The notes under the pieces: generated by a model | The model's database searches: none | Told to the model about the DNA's origin: nothing | What the model saw: only the letters and a program-made list of their open reading frames with translations | In this document: positions 16,421 to 30,831 of the stretch, in pieces | How positions within the stretch are numbered: the first letter of the stretch is position 1 | Layout of the letters: each line of letters opens with the position of its first letter | Assembly (NCBI RefSeq): GCF_009914755.1 | Contig: NC_060936.1 | DNA: 64,000 nucleotides | Reading direction: 5' to 3' (one strand) | Origin: the human T2T-CHM13v2.0 reference genome, Homo sapiens | Program-made: the position numbers and the translations under genes

Positions 16421-17409
16421 ACTTTTTCCACTTTTTTCTGAGAGCCCAGACTGGAAAACTTTAGCTAGCCTTATATTAAAATGCAAATAGAACATAGAAA
16501 TCATTTTTTATTTAAAAAACTGAAGAATATTACAAAAGCTAAATTTGTAGCTATTTGTCAGCAGCAGAGGATAAATAAGTTAATGCAGAACACATTTAAG
16601 ACTGACAGTGCAGAAGTTGAGTGTTTCTTTGTCCCTGTGAGGAACTGTATGTTTAATAGAGATGTCTATAAATAACACAATGTAATGAAACACCTAGAAA
16701 ATCTAATTATAATAGCAGAAATCAAAGAAGTCAAAGAGCACTTGAAGGTAATATTGACATTGGCTAGAATCCCTTTTACTTAGAATCTTTAAAATGGAAG
16801 ATTATATTTCATGACCACACAGTCTAAATTGGTTTATTTACCTGAAAATTAAGAGATCATATTTTCAGAAGGGAATGTTACCTAGGTGGACATTTGACGA
16901 CAATTAACAGAATCGCTATTATCAATAAGGTAATTCAGCTAGTGCTTCTAGACATTTTTGAATAGTAGCACACCAGATTGCATAACAGATTATGTAACAG
17001 TTAAATATAGTTTCTTATTTTCTTTTTTTTCCTGATAATCAGAGTAGATATATGGATTGGCTTGTATTTTAATTTTCAGTTTGTCTTTGAATTTCTATTC
17101 AGATGATTATACATTTTCTCATGGAGTTTTCATCAATTCCCTCATTTCAATCAATATTTTTTTCTTGCTTAAAGATTAGTGTGCATGTGTTTTTTTTTTT
17201 GTGCGTGTGTGTGTATGTGCTTATCACAGATATAAAGGGCCTTTGTTTCTGTAAATGTATTTATGATCTTCTAAGTGTTTACTACAATTGCTTGAAGAAT
17301 TGCTTATATTTTATTCTCCAGTGGATTTTTCAAACTGGTCTTTAATTTGGGAGTACATAAATGCATATTATGCTAAAACCTTTTACAAAATCTGTTCCTT
17401 TTAGGGTGC

Positions 17410-17572
17410 TTAGTTACTAGACAAGCCCTTTCGTATCCCTGTACCTCAGTTTTCATCATTTATGACGTGAGATAATTGTGTCTATCTTTAAGTTTGCTGT
17501 GAGTATCGATTTATTCGTATACATGAAGTGTGCCCGACTTACGATAAACAAGCTAAGTGTTAGCTACTATTT
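17410..17572 (+). mobile_element. MIR SINE
   Basis: CCTCAGTTTTCATCAT core and TGTTAGCTACTATT 3' end. Confidence 0.7.
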
Positions 17573-17791
17573 TCCTTTGGGTAACTCACTTCTTAGTATC
17601 CACTGGAAACACATGAAAAACCAGTATTTGATAAATAAAATTAAAACATTGATTTCTGAAGTGGTTATCGTTGTAAAATCATTCTTTTTAAATTCTTTTG
17701 AACATGCATAATGAAATTTGGATGAATAATTTTATGCTCTACCAACATATCATAAAGTTGCTTAGTATTTCATTACATTCTTTAGTCATGA

Positions 17792-18147
<356 letters not shown>

Positions 18148-18869
18148 TAGTTTTAATTACTCACATATATTAAAAAATTAAGCTGACACTTATGACAACC
18201 TCAAAGGCTTTCCAATCCAGATCCTAACATTCAAGGTATTCCATAATTATAACTCTAAGTAATTTTTCCATTCAGTTTTCTAAGAAGGCAAATTGAACTT
18301 CTTGCTTCTCTCCATTCAAACATCAATTTGTGTGATTCTTACCACTTCAAATAAACACTCCTTATTTTTCAGATTGATAGGCTTAAAGTCTCATGAAAAT
18401 GCTTAGTGACATGCAATTAAGTTTTGATATAAACTGTGCTCAGTATTTTATCACTAATAAGCATACACACATAGGACATAAATCGGTTATTTTTTCCTGC
18501 TCTTGGCTTACTACATCTGTATAGGCTTAGCTAAAATGGCTTCAACTAGCACATGTAGTGGGGAGAGGTTTATGATTACAGAGTTTTTACACAGGCCTTG
18601 TTCCAGTGCAACCTTAGAAATATCTTTTCTTGGGTGAAAAAATGAGGTGGTAATGATGAAAGCTCCTGTATGGTAAGAAACTAAAACAAATATGAGCTTG
18701 CTCACAGCCAGAATATGAGTGACTCAAAAATGAGGAATGGAAGGATCATCACTAGATATTACGAGAAATAATTTTTATCAGTAATAGATAAATAAGCATT
18801 TAATATTACATCTGGAATTTGAATCTTGGAAAATTTTTTATACCAAATTTTCACAATGTCATCAAGGGT

Positions 18870-21390
18870 TGCAGTTCCAGGGAAGGTGGAGTAAGCAAAT
18901 GCTTTCCTTTTACTCCCAAATAATACAACTCTAAAGCTCATATAGAATTCATAGCCCAACTATTTGAGAATACTAAAAATAAACTATCAACAGGCAGCTT
19001 AGAGAAAAACATCAGAATTCAACACACCAACAAATCTGTAATAAGTTTACTATATGTTTCTTCCTTTGGTATCTTCCTTTTGGAATTTAACCCAACTAAG
19101 AATCCAGAAAGAAATAAGCAATATTGGGCAGACAGAGAAAAACAGAAATATTCTGAGAAGTAAAGGGAACTCCTATAACTGAGAGAGAGTAAGAAAAGAG
19201 TCTTATTTGGTTTCTCATTTCTTCCCATTCTTCTGCACATAGCTACCAAACAATCCCACAATGACAACAGGGGCCTGTAGAAGGCAACATTCTAAGGAGT
19301 GGAAAACTTCCTCTCCATTCAGTAAGCCTAGGTTTCTATAAGACCAGGGAAAAACCCTACTGCTTTTCTTTATTTTGTTTCTCTATCTCCTACTCTTGCT
19401 GTAGGTCTCTGTCTCTGCCACATGTCTATCGGTACAGTGTGGTCACAGAAATGAGCAGTGTCTCCTGGCACACCAAATAAAGGAACCCTTGGGAAACAAA
19501 GAACTTGGGAGATAGCAGAGGGAAAGTGATTTCATAAAGTTAATCAGAAACTCCAGCACTCACCTCCAAACTGCAGACCTGTGAATCTGATACAAATTAG
19601 CATATCAAAGATTTTGAGAATGGAACTAAAGAGCATATGTCCACCTAGGTCCCAGACTCACCACCAGGTGGCTCAAAAATGGGACAGGTGAGTAACAATG
19701 AAAGGCTTTGAAAACTGTAGTGATATTAGATCATCAGCTGAAATAATGTTGGGTGGAATTTTTAGCTTAAGCTTAACAAGGTCAGCAGCTCTCTACAACA
19801 AAAATATCAACATTCTCCATAATATCTAAGCAATGCCTACCTTCTCATAATGCAATATTCAAAATATACAGGAAACAATAGAAAATTACTCAGGTTATAA
19901 AAAATGTTGAAGCTGACAAGTCACATGGAAATATCAACTGAGTCCAATGACAAGATTACATATATGTTGAAATTATCAGAAAAAGACCGAAAAGTAGGTA
20001 CTATAAAATTCCTTGAATGAGTAATTGTGAATACTCTTGGAACAAATAAGAAAAAACAGAAAGTATTAGCAAATAGAGCCATAACGAAACACCAAATGGA
20101 AATTATAGAGCTAAAATACACAACAATTAAAATGAAAATAATCACAAAACTGAATCAATGGCAAAATGAAAATGACAGAGAAAATAATTAGTAAACTTGC
20201 AGATAAAGCAGTAGAAATCAACAACTATAAATGAGAAGAAGAAAACGATGAAAAAATATGAAAACAAGACCTCAAAGACCTGGGAAACAACACCAAAAAA
20301 ATCTAACATCAGTGTTAGATATTTAGCGTTAGAGTAGTGTGATAGCAGTCCCAGAAAAAGAGTATAACTGTAGCAGAGGAAAAATAATATTTGAATAATG
20401 ACACAAAACTTTCCTAGTTCAGAAAAATACATAAACCTACAGATGCAAGAATATGAGTAAACCCTAAATAGAATGAATGTAAGAAAACCCATGCCTAGAT
20501 ATATTAAAATCAAATCACTGAAAACTAAAGACATGGAAAAAAAAAAACCCTTAAAAGTAGCAAGAGAAGAAAAACACACTGCTTATAGAAAAATAATTCA
20601 AATAACTGTAGGATTTTCATCAGAAACACTAAAGCCCAGAAAAGTTAGCATACATTTTTAAAGTGTTTAAACAAAATAGCCGTCAAACCCAAAATAGTAT
20701 TTAGTGAAAATATTCAAGAATAGAGTACATTGAAACATTTTCAGAGGAAGAAAACTAACAAAGCTCATAGCCAAAAAACAAGCAAACAAACAAACAAAAA
20801 ACTTGTTTTAAAAAATGCTACAGGAACTTCAAATAAAAGGAAATAATACCAGAGAAAACATGAAACATGGAAATCAGAAAGAACAAAAGAAATAATAAAT
20901 ATCTGAGTAAATATAACATACTTGCTTCTCACATTTGATTGTTTTAAATTTTATGTAGTGATTGAAAGTAAAAAGTACACTGTCACATTGTCTTTTCAAT
21001 ATTTGTAGACATATAAGAAAACCATTGTGTTAATGAGACAGAACGAAGGAACCTATGTGGTTGTAAGATTTTCACATTAAAATTGAAGTGGCAAAGTATC
21101 ATTTTCATATAGCCTTTGAAAAGAGAACTATGTCTTTTGCAATCTTTTCAGCAACCACTAAAACAATTAGAGAAAGAGATTTTGTCAAAATCAAAGTGAA
21201 AAATTCAAAATAATTTGCTAGAATGTTGAAATAACCTCCTACATAAAAGAAAGGGAAAAATAAGGAATAAAATCAGAGAAAGAAAGAGAAAACAAATAAT
21301 AACATGGCATGACTAATTCCAAAAGTATCAATAATATAAAGTATAAATGGTCTAAAAACAGAGATTGTCAGATTGGATTAAAAAATAACC
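18870..21390 (+). mobile_element. Ancient L1M (L1MC/MD-type): 5' region, ORF1 remnant and start of ORF2
   Basis: ORF1-like KPMPRYIKIKSLKTKD...LKVAREEK; EN start GATTGTCAGATTGGATTAAAAA; continues at 25541. Confidence 0.7.
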
Positions 21391-21819
21391 TAAATATATC
21401 AACTGATCTTCTAAAGCCTGTCAAGAATATACAATGAATAAAGAATAGTCTTTTTGAATAGGATCTTTTTGAATAGTTGGGAATACTGGAAATTCATAAG
21501 CAAAAGAATAAAATGAAACCACTATCTTACACCATATATGAAAAGTAATTCAAAATAGATTAAAGACCTCAGTGTAAGACCTGAAACCTTAAAACTCTTG
21601 GGAAAAATAAAATAAAATAAACAGAAAAAAAATCCTTGATTTTTGTTTTGACAGTTTTTTGTGGGGAGGGATATCACACCAAAAGCTCAGGCAACAAAAG
21701 CAGAAATTAGTAAGTGGAATTATGCCAGACTAAAAAATTTCTGCACAGCAAAGCAAGCAGGCAACAGACTAAATAGACAACCTATGGAATGAAAGAAGAT
21801 ATTTGCAAACCATATATCT

Positions 21820-24214
21820 TGTATTTGTTCTTTCTCTCACTGATATAAAGAAATACCTAAAACTGGGTAATTTATAAAGAAAAGAGGTTTAATTGGCTCA
21901 TAATTCTGCATGCCGTACAGGAGGCATGGCTTGGGAGGTCTCGATAAACTGTCAATCATAGTGGAAGGTGAAGGGGAAGCAGACACGTCTTACGTGGCTG
22001 GAGCAGGAAAAAGTGAAAGTGAAGTGGGAGGTGCTACACACTTTTAAACAACAGATCTCATGAGAACTCACTCACTAGCATGAGAAAAGCAAGGGAGAAA
22101 TCTGCCTCCATAATCCAATCACCTCCCAACAGGTCCCTGCTTCAAAATTGGGATTACTATCTAACATGAGATTGGGGTAGAGGACAGAAGTACAAACCAT
22201 ATTATTGCATCCCTGGTGCCTCCCAAATCTCATGTCCTTCTCACATTGCAAATACAATTATCCCTTCTCAACAGTCCCCCAAGTCTTAACTTATTTCAGT
22301 ATTAACTCAAAAGTCCATGTTCAGAGTCTCATTTGAGACAAAGCAAGTCCCTTCTGCCTATGAGCCTGTAAAATAAAAAACAACTTAGTTACTTCCAAGA
22401 TACAATGGGGCTACAGGCACTGGGTAAATACACCCATTCCGAAATGGAGAAATCAGCCAAAAGAGAGGGGCTACAGACCCCTTGCAAGTCTGAAACCCAG
22501 CAGGGAAGTCATTAAATCTTAAAGTTCCAAAATCATCTCCTTTGACTCCATTGACTCCATGTCTCACATCCAGAGCACACTGATGTAAGGGCTGGGCTCC
22601 AAGGCCTTGCACATCTTTGCCCTTGTGGCTGTGTAGGACTCATCTCTCATGGCTGCTCTCAAGGGTTGGCATTGAATGCCTGCATCTTTTCTGCACACAC
22701 AGTGCAAGCTGTCAGTGGATCTACCATTCTAGTGTCTGGAAAAGGGTGGCCCTATTCTCACAGCTCCACTAGGGAGTGCCCAAGTGAGGACTCTGTGTAG
22801 GGGCTCCAACCCCACAGTTCCCCTCTGCATTTCCCTAGTAGAGGTTCACCATGAAGGCTTCACCCATGTAACAGACTTCTGCCTGGACATCCAGACATTT
22901 TCATACACCCTCTGAAATCTAGGTGGAGGCTCCCAAACTTCAACTTTTGCCCTTCATTCACCCACAGGCTTAAGCCATGTGGAAACCATCAAGGATTACA
23001 GTTTTCACGCTCTGAAGCAGTGGCTTGAGCTGTAGCTTGGTCCCTCTTAGCCATGGCTGGAGCTGGAGAGTCCAGGATGCAGGCACCATGTCCCAAGACT
23101 ACACAGAGCAGCATGGCCCTGGGCCTGGTCCACAATAGCATTCTTCCCTCTAGGCCTCTGGGCCTGTGATGGGAGGGGCTGCTGCAGAGTTCCAGGAAAT
23201 GACTCCAAGGCCTTTTTCCCATTGCCTTGACAATTAGCAATTTACTCCTCTTATGCAAACTTCTGCAGCTGGCTTGAATTCCTCCCCAGAAAATGAGTTT
23301 TTCTTTTCTATCACATGGTCAGGCTGAAACTTTTCCAGTCTTTTATGCTCTGCTCCCCCTTTTAATATAAGTTCCAGTTTCAGATCATCTCTTAGCTCAT
23401 GCATATGAGAATATGCTCTTAAAAGCAGCCAGATGACATCTTGAATGCTTTGCTGCTTAGAAATTTCTTCCACCCCATATCCTAAGTCATCTTTCTTGGT
23501 TCAAAGTTCCACAGATCCCTAGAGCAGGGGCACAATGCTGCCAATCTCTTTGCTAAAGCACAGTAAGAGTGATTTTATTTCAATTCCCAATAAAGTTTTT
23601 TATCTCCATCTGAGACCTCCTCAGCCCCGACTTCACTGTTCATATCACCGTAAGAATTTTGGTTACAAGCATTCGACAAGTCTCTAGGAAGTTCGAAACT
23701 TTCCCTCAACTTCCTGTATTCTTCTGAGCCCCCAAAACTATTCCAACTTCTTATTACCCAGTTCCAAAATCACTTCCACATTTTTAAGTATCTTTATAGC
23801 AATGTTCCCACTTCTCTGGTACCAATTTTCTATATTAGTTCATTCTCACACTGCTATAAAGACATATCTAAGACTTTGAAATTTATTAAATAAAAGGATT
23901 AATTGACTCATAGCTCTGTAAGCTGTACAGGAGGGATAGCTGGGGAGGCCTCAGGAAACTTTCAATCATGGAAGAAAGTGAAGGGGAGGCAGACATGTCT
24001 TACATGGCTGGAGCAAAAGAAAGTGACAGTGAAGGGGGAGGTGCTATACACTTTTAAACAACCAGATCTCATGAGAACTCACTCACTATCACAAGAACAG
24101 CAAGGGAGAAATCTACTTCCATGATCTAATCACCTTCCAGCAGGCCCCTCCTCCAACACTGGGATTACAATTTGACATGAGATTGTGTTGGGAATACACA
24201 TCCAAACCATATCA
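21820..24214 (-). mobile_element. Full-length MaLR provirus (THE1D/MSTA type): LTR 21820-22204, internal 22205-23830, LTR 23831-24214
   Basis: Two homologous ~385-bp LTRs flank a 1.6-kb internal region with the MaLR ORF remnant (EEISKQQSIQDVIWLLL); degenerate 5-bp TSD TATCT/GTTCT. Confidence 0.92.
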
Positions 24215-24582
24215 GTTCTGTTAAGAAGTTAATCTCCAAAATATGTAAGAAATATATAAAGTCAATAACAACAATTTAAAAAACTAATAACCTAATTTTA
24301 AAAGTGGGATAATGTCTTGAAGACACATTTATTCAAAGAAGACCTCAAATGCCAATAGGTGTATAAGAAATGCTGAAGATCACACTATCCAAGAAATGTA
24401 AAACAAAACTACAATATCATCTCAAATCTATCTATGTCTACTATTACAAAAAGACGACAAATGTTGTTAAGCATGTGAAAAAAATGAAACTCTTGCACAC
24501 TGTTGGTAGAAATGGAAAATGGTGCAAACAATATTAAAAAAGTACGGAGGTTGCTGAAAAAAATTAATATAATCCAACACAT

Positions 24583-25002
24583 TGTCTTTTCTGTTTAGTG
24601 TTGCTATAAAGGAATCCCTGAAGCTGTGTCATTCATAAAGAATAAAAGGTTTTGCTCATGCTTATGAATGGCCTGAAAATTCAAGATTGGGCATGTGCTT
24701 CTGTTGACATCCTCACACTGCTTCAACTTATAGTGGAAGGTGAAGGAGAGATGGCATGCGCAGGGATCACATGGCAAGAGCAGAAGCAAGAGAGAGCAGG
24801 TAGGTGCTGGCCTCTTTTTAACAACCAGGTCTTGCAGGAACTAATAGAGTGAGAACTGAGAGAGAGCGTTAATATATTCATGAGAGATTTGCCCCCATGA
24901 CCTGAGTATCTCCCACTAGGCCCTACCTCCCAATATTGCCAAACTAGGAATTCCATTTCAATATGAGATTTGGTAGGGCCAAATCATATCCAAACCATAG
25001 CA
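24583..25002 (-). mobile_element. MSTB-like MaLR solo LTR
   Basis: TG...CCAAACCATAGCA termini, 420 bp, TSD CACAT/CATAT. Confidence 0.85.
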
Positions 25003-25540
25003 CATATTATCCAGCAATCTTACTTCTGATTATTTATTCAAAAGAAGTGAAATTAGAATATGAAAAAGATATTAGCACTTCTATTTTCATTGCAGTACTA
25101 TCTATAATAGCATGATGTGGAAACAACCCAACTGTCCATCCTCACATTAATGGAAAAAATATGGTATATACACAACAACAAAATGCTATGAAACCTTAAA
25201 TAATTTCTGCAATATGTGACAATGTGGATGAACCTTGAAGACATCATGCGAATATGCCAGTCACTGAAAGATGAATGCTGCACAATTTCATTTATATGAG
25301 GTATGTGAAATAGTCAAATTCATAGAATTAAACTACAGAATGGTGTTTTTCAGGGGCTGGTGGGGAGACAGAAGTGATGAGTTACTAATCAAAAGACAAC
25401 ATTTAAGTTAAGCAAGACTAATGAGCTCTGGATCTACTCTAAAACATTGTACAAATAATATATTGTACACTTAAAAATTTGTTGGGAAGGTGTATCTCAT
25501 ACTAAGTGTCTTTATGACAAAAATAATTTTAAAAAATAAA

Positions 25541-27315
25541 ATGATAGAAAAGGATATACCCTGCAAACACTAATCAAAGGAAAGCTGGAATGTCTGTATC
25601 ATTGTCAAAGGAGATTTCAGAGCAAAGAAATTTACCAAGGTTAGAGAGAGCCATAGAGATACTGCATATTAAATGAAGTGTCAATTCACTAAAAAGACAT
25701 AAAAATATTAAAAGTGTATTTACCTAAAAACAGAGTTTCAAAATACATGAAACAAAAGCTGACAGAACTGAAAAATCTTGGATACCTTAAAACTTTTCTC
25801 TCAGTAATAGAAGTAGTAGAGAGAAAAATCAACAAGTTTATAGAACTGAACAACCTCATCAACTGATTGAATCTAACTGACATAGAACACTCAACAGTAT
25901 CTCATTTCACATTCTTTTCAACTGGACATGGTAAATTCCACCTGCTAGATTATACCTTGGTCATAAAACAAGACAACACAATTAAAAGACTTAAAATACA
26001 AAGTATGTGTTTTGAGCATATTTGAATTTAACCAGAAATCAATAACGAAATTGGCAAAATTGCTAATCATTTGGAAATTCAACAACAGAGTCCTAAAAAT
26101 TCCATGGGTAAAAGAGGAAGTCTCAGAGCAGATTAGAAAATAATTTAATTTAATAAAAATACAACATATTAAAATGTGTGTGATGCAACTGCAGCAATAC
26201 TCAGAATTTATAGCTTTGAATGCTTATACTATTAATATAACAATCATTTCAAATTAATAACCTAAGGCTACATCTTAAGACAAATTAATAAATAATTTTA
26301 AGCATTAAAATTGAAAATAAAAACAAAAGACAAGCAATAATTTTAAAAAAAAGGTTTGTTCTTTAAGAAGAGCAGTGAAATTGATAAACCTCTAGCAATA
26401 TTAACAAAAAAGGTGAGAAAACAAAAAACAAATTATATCAGAAATGAAAGAATGTCATTATAGACTCTTAGGTGAGGTTATTAAAAAGAAAATAAGAACA
26501 TTACTACAGATCCTACAGTAATATTATTGAAAATAGACTACTACAAACAACTCCATGTACATAAATTCACCAAGTTAGATAAAATAGACTAATTCCTGAA
26601 ACACTATAAACTATTAAAACTCATTCAAGATAAAATATATGATTTGAATGGTGTTATAACTATTAAAGAAATTGAATTTGTAGTTAAAGTCATCCATAAA
26701 GGATTCTCCATGCATACATGATCTCACTGGTGAATTCTACCAAACATTTAGGAAATGTTTATAGCATTTCTTCCAGTAGCAGATGATGAAGAAAAGGAAA
26801 TACTTCCTACTCATTTTACAAACTAAGATTACCCTGATACCTAAATCACACAAAGACAGTGCAAAAACAAAGAAACAAACAAAAAATTAGGGGATAGCTT
26901 CTCCAGTAAACATAGAAGCAAAATCCTTAATAAAATATTATCCAATGAAATTCATCACTATATCAAAAGAATATCATGCGTGCCCAAGTGGAGTTTACCC
27001 AAAAAATGTAAAGCTGACTCAATATTTAAAAAAACAATCAATATAATCCACCATATTAGAAGTCTAAAGAAAGAAGAAACGCATGATTATCTTAACAGAT
27101 GGAGGAAAGCAACGACAAAATACAATTTTCATTCTCAATAGTTATTTTCAGCAAATTAGCAATAGAAGGGTATTCCCTTAACCTCAACCTTTTAAAAGGC
27201 ATCTATACAATACATCCAATATCATATTAGGTGGTGAAAGACTGAATGCTTTGCTCCTAAGATCTGGAACAGGGCAAGGATATCCACTCTCACCAAATTC
27301 AGTCAACATTCAACA
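25541..27315 (+). mobile_element. Continuation of ancient L1M ORF2 (EN to RT)
   Basis: GCAAACACTAATCAAAGGAAAGCTGG EN segment through AAGATCTGGAACAGGGCAAGGATATCCACTCTCACC RT segment. Confidence 0.8.
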
Positions 27316-29529
27316 TTCACCACTCTTATGATACAGTGTTCAGTAAGTTCCTTTATAATGGAATTTCCCCAAAACTAAATCAATCCTCATTTCCTCACAA
27401 TTGAATTGAGGGCTAAGAGATTAATAAAGGTGATTGGAACCCTGTCAGGAAGACAACAAACTGGAGCCTAACATATCACCATCTGACCACTCGATAGGTG
27501 AATTCTACTTATCCTTCAAAGCTGTCCCAGTGCTACCTCTATCATTACCTTTTATGCTGAAGATGTTTTCACTACCATAAAAACCACACCACAATGGTTT
27601 TTGTATTTCTTATTTTATGAAATTAATTTTCCTTATTAACATGGTTGGGGACATTCACATTCTATCCATGTCTTAGTATGTTAAGTATTTCAAGAGCTAA
27701 GTCTATGCCAATCATCTGGACTGCCTAAAATATAGATAGGACTTAAAAATTAGCAGATTCTCAAAGTTTATTTAATGATGAACAAATGAATGTACACTTA
27801 AGACCTCTAACTCACTAGCACAAGTTTACAGAATTTGATCTCTTGTATTTTCCCACCAATATACTTACCATCGTGACTTTCACCCAGCATTCTCATGCAA
27901 AGATGCATTTCAGACAATTAAGATAATTGGTTGAATCGGGTTATCTCTTCTTTGATGCAGCTACATATTTGTATTATAATTGGGACTTTAATTGTTAATA
28001 ACATAAGTTTTTTTTCCATGTCTATCTTTCTCCCCTACTTCAGCATAAACTCCTTGAAAACAAAGAGACCGTGGCATTGTGTTTCTCTCTCTCTCTCGTA
28101 TGTGTTTGTGTATGTGTCCTTACAGAGAAGTTGACAGCAAACGTGTTGGATACCTGCCTGATTATTTTTAAAAATTATATTCTTAAATCAGGCCTATTTG
28201 GTATATAAAAAAGAGTATTTTTAAACTTCTCCCTCTTGTTCCATTTAGATTTAGCCATTGAACCTGAGAGGCCATCTAGTTGTTAGATCAGATATTGCCA
28301 GAGGATAAATTTTTCATTTTTAGAGATCTTTCTATTCTTTGTTTCTCAAATATGGTTTTTGTTCTAAGCATATTCTAATATTGGCACAGAAAAGACCAAA
28401 TAACCTTTTCTCTTACACTTTCTAAAATCCCTCTTCCAAATATGATACCATCTGTGCCAAGAATGTGAAAAAGTAAAACTGTAATTCATCTCAAAAATGT
28501 ATCTTGATGAAATAATTATTAAAAGTTTTTCTAAGTCTTTTCTTCTGCTGCCTTATGGTGGAGACAAATTCCTATCAATAATGAATATAATTGTTAGTGT
28601 CTTTCTTCCTTTATTCTGACTTAAGCCAAATTAGAATATTCTCACATTTAAAATAAATGCATTAACAACACACTGTGAGGTTACTTGTTAGGCATCAAAA
28701 TAATCATTCTCTCTTGGTTAATGGAAATTCTATGGATATTATTTGTAAAACCTTCCTAAAATTTCTATTAATAATAAATAATCCTGATGCTTCTTTCTAT
28801 AATATATAACCTGAAATTTAAAAATTATGCTGACTTTATTAAAGACTTTTTTTTTCAAATAAGAACTTAAATCAGATTCAATAGGCTTAAACTCTAAGTG
28901 GAGTCCCTAAGACTATTCAAAATTCAAAGTTGCATTCTGAACAGATTGCACAAGCTAGTTGATGAAACTTGAGCTAATTACACTAATGTTGACAAATGCA
29001 CTGGCACAAAAACAAATGTCACATTTTTCAAAAAATTACACCTCTTCAAAAGATGCTAAATAGATTCAGTGATTTGTGGGTGTAACTGAGCTATTTGTGC
29101 AAAAACAGTTTTGAAAATTCTGATTTAAAATACAAAAAGTACAAGTGCAGTATGCGCACTTATATGCAATTTTCAAATGTATTTTAATGAAATACTTGAA
29201 GTTTTGAAACAATAAAGAAATTGCTATATTTGGCACTGGAAGATTATCTCTAAGTTGTTTATTTTAAATTATGTATCATATACAAAAATAAAGTCTTTCT
29301 ATCTTGAAGAATGCCTTTATTTATTTTTAAATGAGTTATTATGGATATCTCAACTCAAAATGCATTTCTAAAAGAGATTTGAATCTGTACACTCTCAGGA
29401 ACAGTATTTCTCATACGTTCAGCCACAAATATACTTACCTTTTCTATTACTTGGCAAAAGAGCTAGTATGTTCTGAAAGTTTTGTGCTAGACATTCCGCT
29501 AAAAGTTTTAAGTAAATGATCTAATTTCA

Positions 29530-29690
29530 TTCTTCTGGTAGGCCTGTAAGGGAGAAATCATAATCTCCTTTTTAAAGATGGGATATCTGAGAATCAATGA
29601 GGTCAAATAACTCACCCTAGCTAACGAAGCTGGAATTTGATTCAAGGTATCCCTGACTCTCAAGCTTCTGCACTTCATGCTATCCCCACC
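29530..29690 (-). mobile_element. MIR SINE
   Basis: AGATGGGATATCTGAG..GAGGTCAAATAACTCACCC..GGAATTTGATTCAAGG. Confidence 0.65.
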
Positions 29691-30471
29691 ACGGATCTCA
29701 AATGGAAAGTGTTTGACTATTATGTATTTAAAATTATCAGCTTCCTTCTATATTACATTCAAGGGAAAGTTACAGTGATGTTTCCAGAATATATCAATGA
29801 TGCCTTTCGTGTTGGGATTTGTCTTTTCTTTGTTGTTTTAAACTACCCCCAAATCACTGTTGTGCTACCTTATAAGAGGCCAATCTGGGCCTCATATCCA
29901 CTATAGCTTAAGTAATTAGTCTTGTCTGACACTTTAGAATTCTTAATTAAAAAAATAAAGTGGATTAGAAATATTGATATCAGAAATCAAGTTTGCAATT
30001 AAAAACTAAAAAGTAAATTCAAATATCAGAAGTTGTGTTTGTCGTCTACTAAAATCCTGGGTAGATGAAGAATCTTACTGAAAAAAACCTGCTCCTACCC
30101 AGCAACAGAAGGATAAGATTCATTTGGCCAATATATTATTTGCCCTTATCATTAGGGTTTAAAATGGTCATTCAGTTTGAAGCAACCAAAGTAACAAATA
30201 TGTCACACAGGAGTCATTGAAGTATATTGTATATTATTTTTGGCCTATAAATTTCATCTACAAACCAATACTGAAATTATAAAGAAAATACTAACCTTTA
30301 AGTTTGACGTAAACAGAGTAGCAATATTTTTTATTTTTCTATCTCCTATTATGAGCCAATTCAAACTATTCTATATTTATTAAATTTTACCTTCACTAGA
30401 ATTTTCTCTTGTCTCTGGTTTACTTGGATAGTTTGAACTGAGGATGCCTTATTTCTTACTACCTGACTCTT

Positions 30472-30831
30472 TGTACTAGTCTCTTCTTACATACTATAAA
30501 GAACTACCTGAGACTAGGCAATTTATGAAGAAATGAGGTTTTAATTGACTCACAGTTCCATAGGCTTAACAGGAAGCATCACTGGGAGGTCTCAGGAAAC
30601 TTTCAATCATGGTAGAAGGTGAAGGGGAAGCAAGGACCTTCTTCACAGTGGTGGCAGGAGAGAGAAAGAGCAAAGGGGAAGTGCCACACACACTTCTAAA
30701 TCATCAGATCTCACTCACTATCCTGCGAACAGCAAGGGGGAAATTCACCTCATGATCCAATCACCTCCCACCATGCCTCTCCTCCAATTCCACATGAGAT
30801 TTGGGCGGGGACACAAATCCAAACCATATCA
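30472..30831 (-). mobile_element. THE1D-like solo LTR
   Basis: TG...CA termini, 360 bp, perfect 5-bp TSD CTCTT at 30467-30471 and 30832-30836. Confidence 0.92.

Larger units (their letters stand above)
21391..25540 (+). mobile_element. L1MA-type 3' fragment (L1MA9-like) nested in the L1M and split by two MaLR insertions
   Basis: ORF2 3' and 3'UTR sequence at 21391-21819, 24215-24582 and 25003-25540, ending in an A-rich tail. Confidence 0.75.

Noticed and set aside
16421-16590. Possible MLT1 LTR 3' end after the truncated L1
   Set aside because: Similarity too weak to call by eye.
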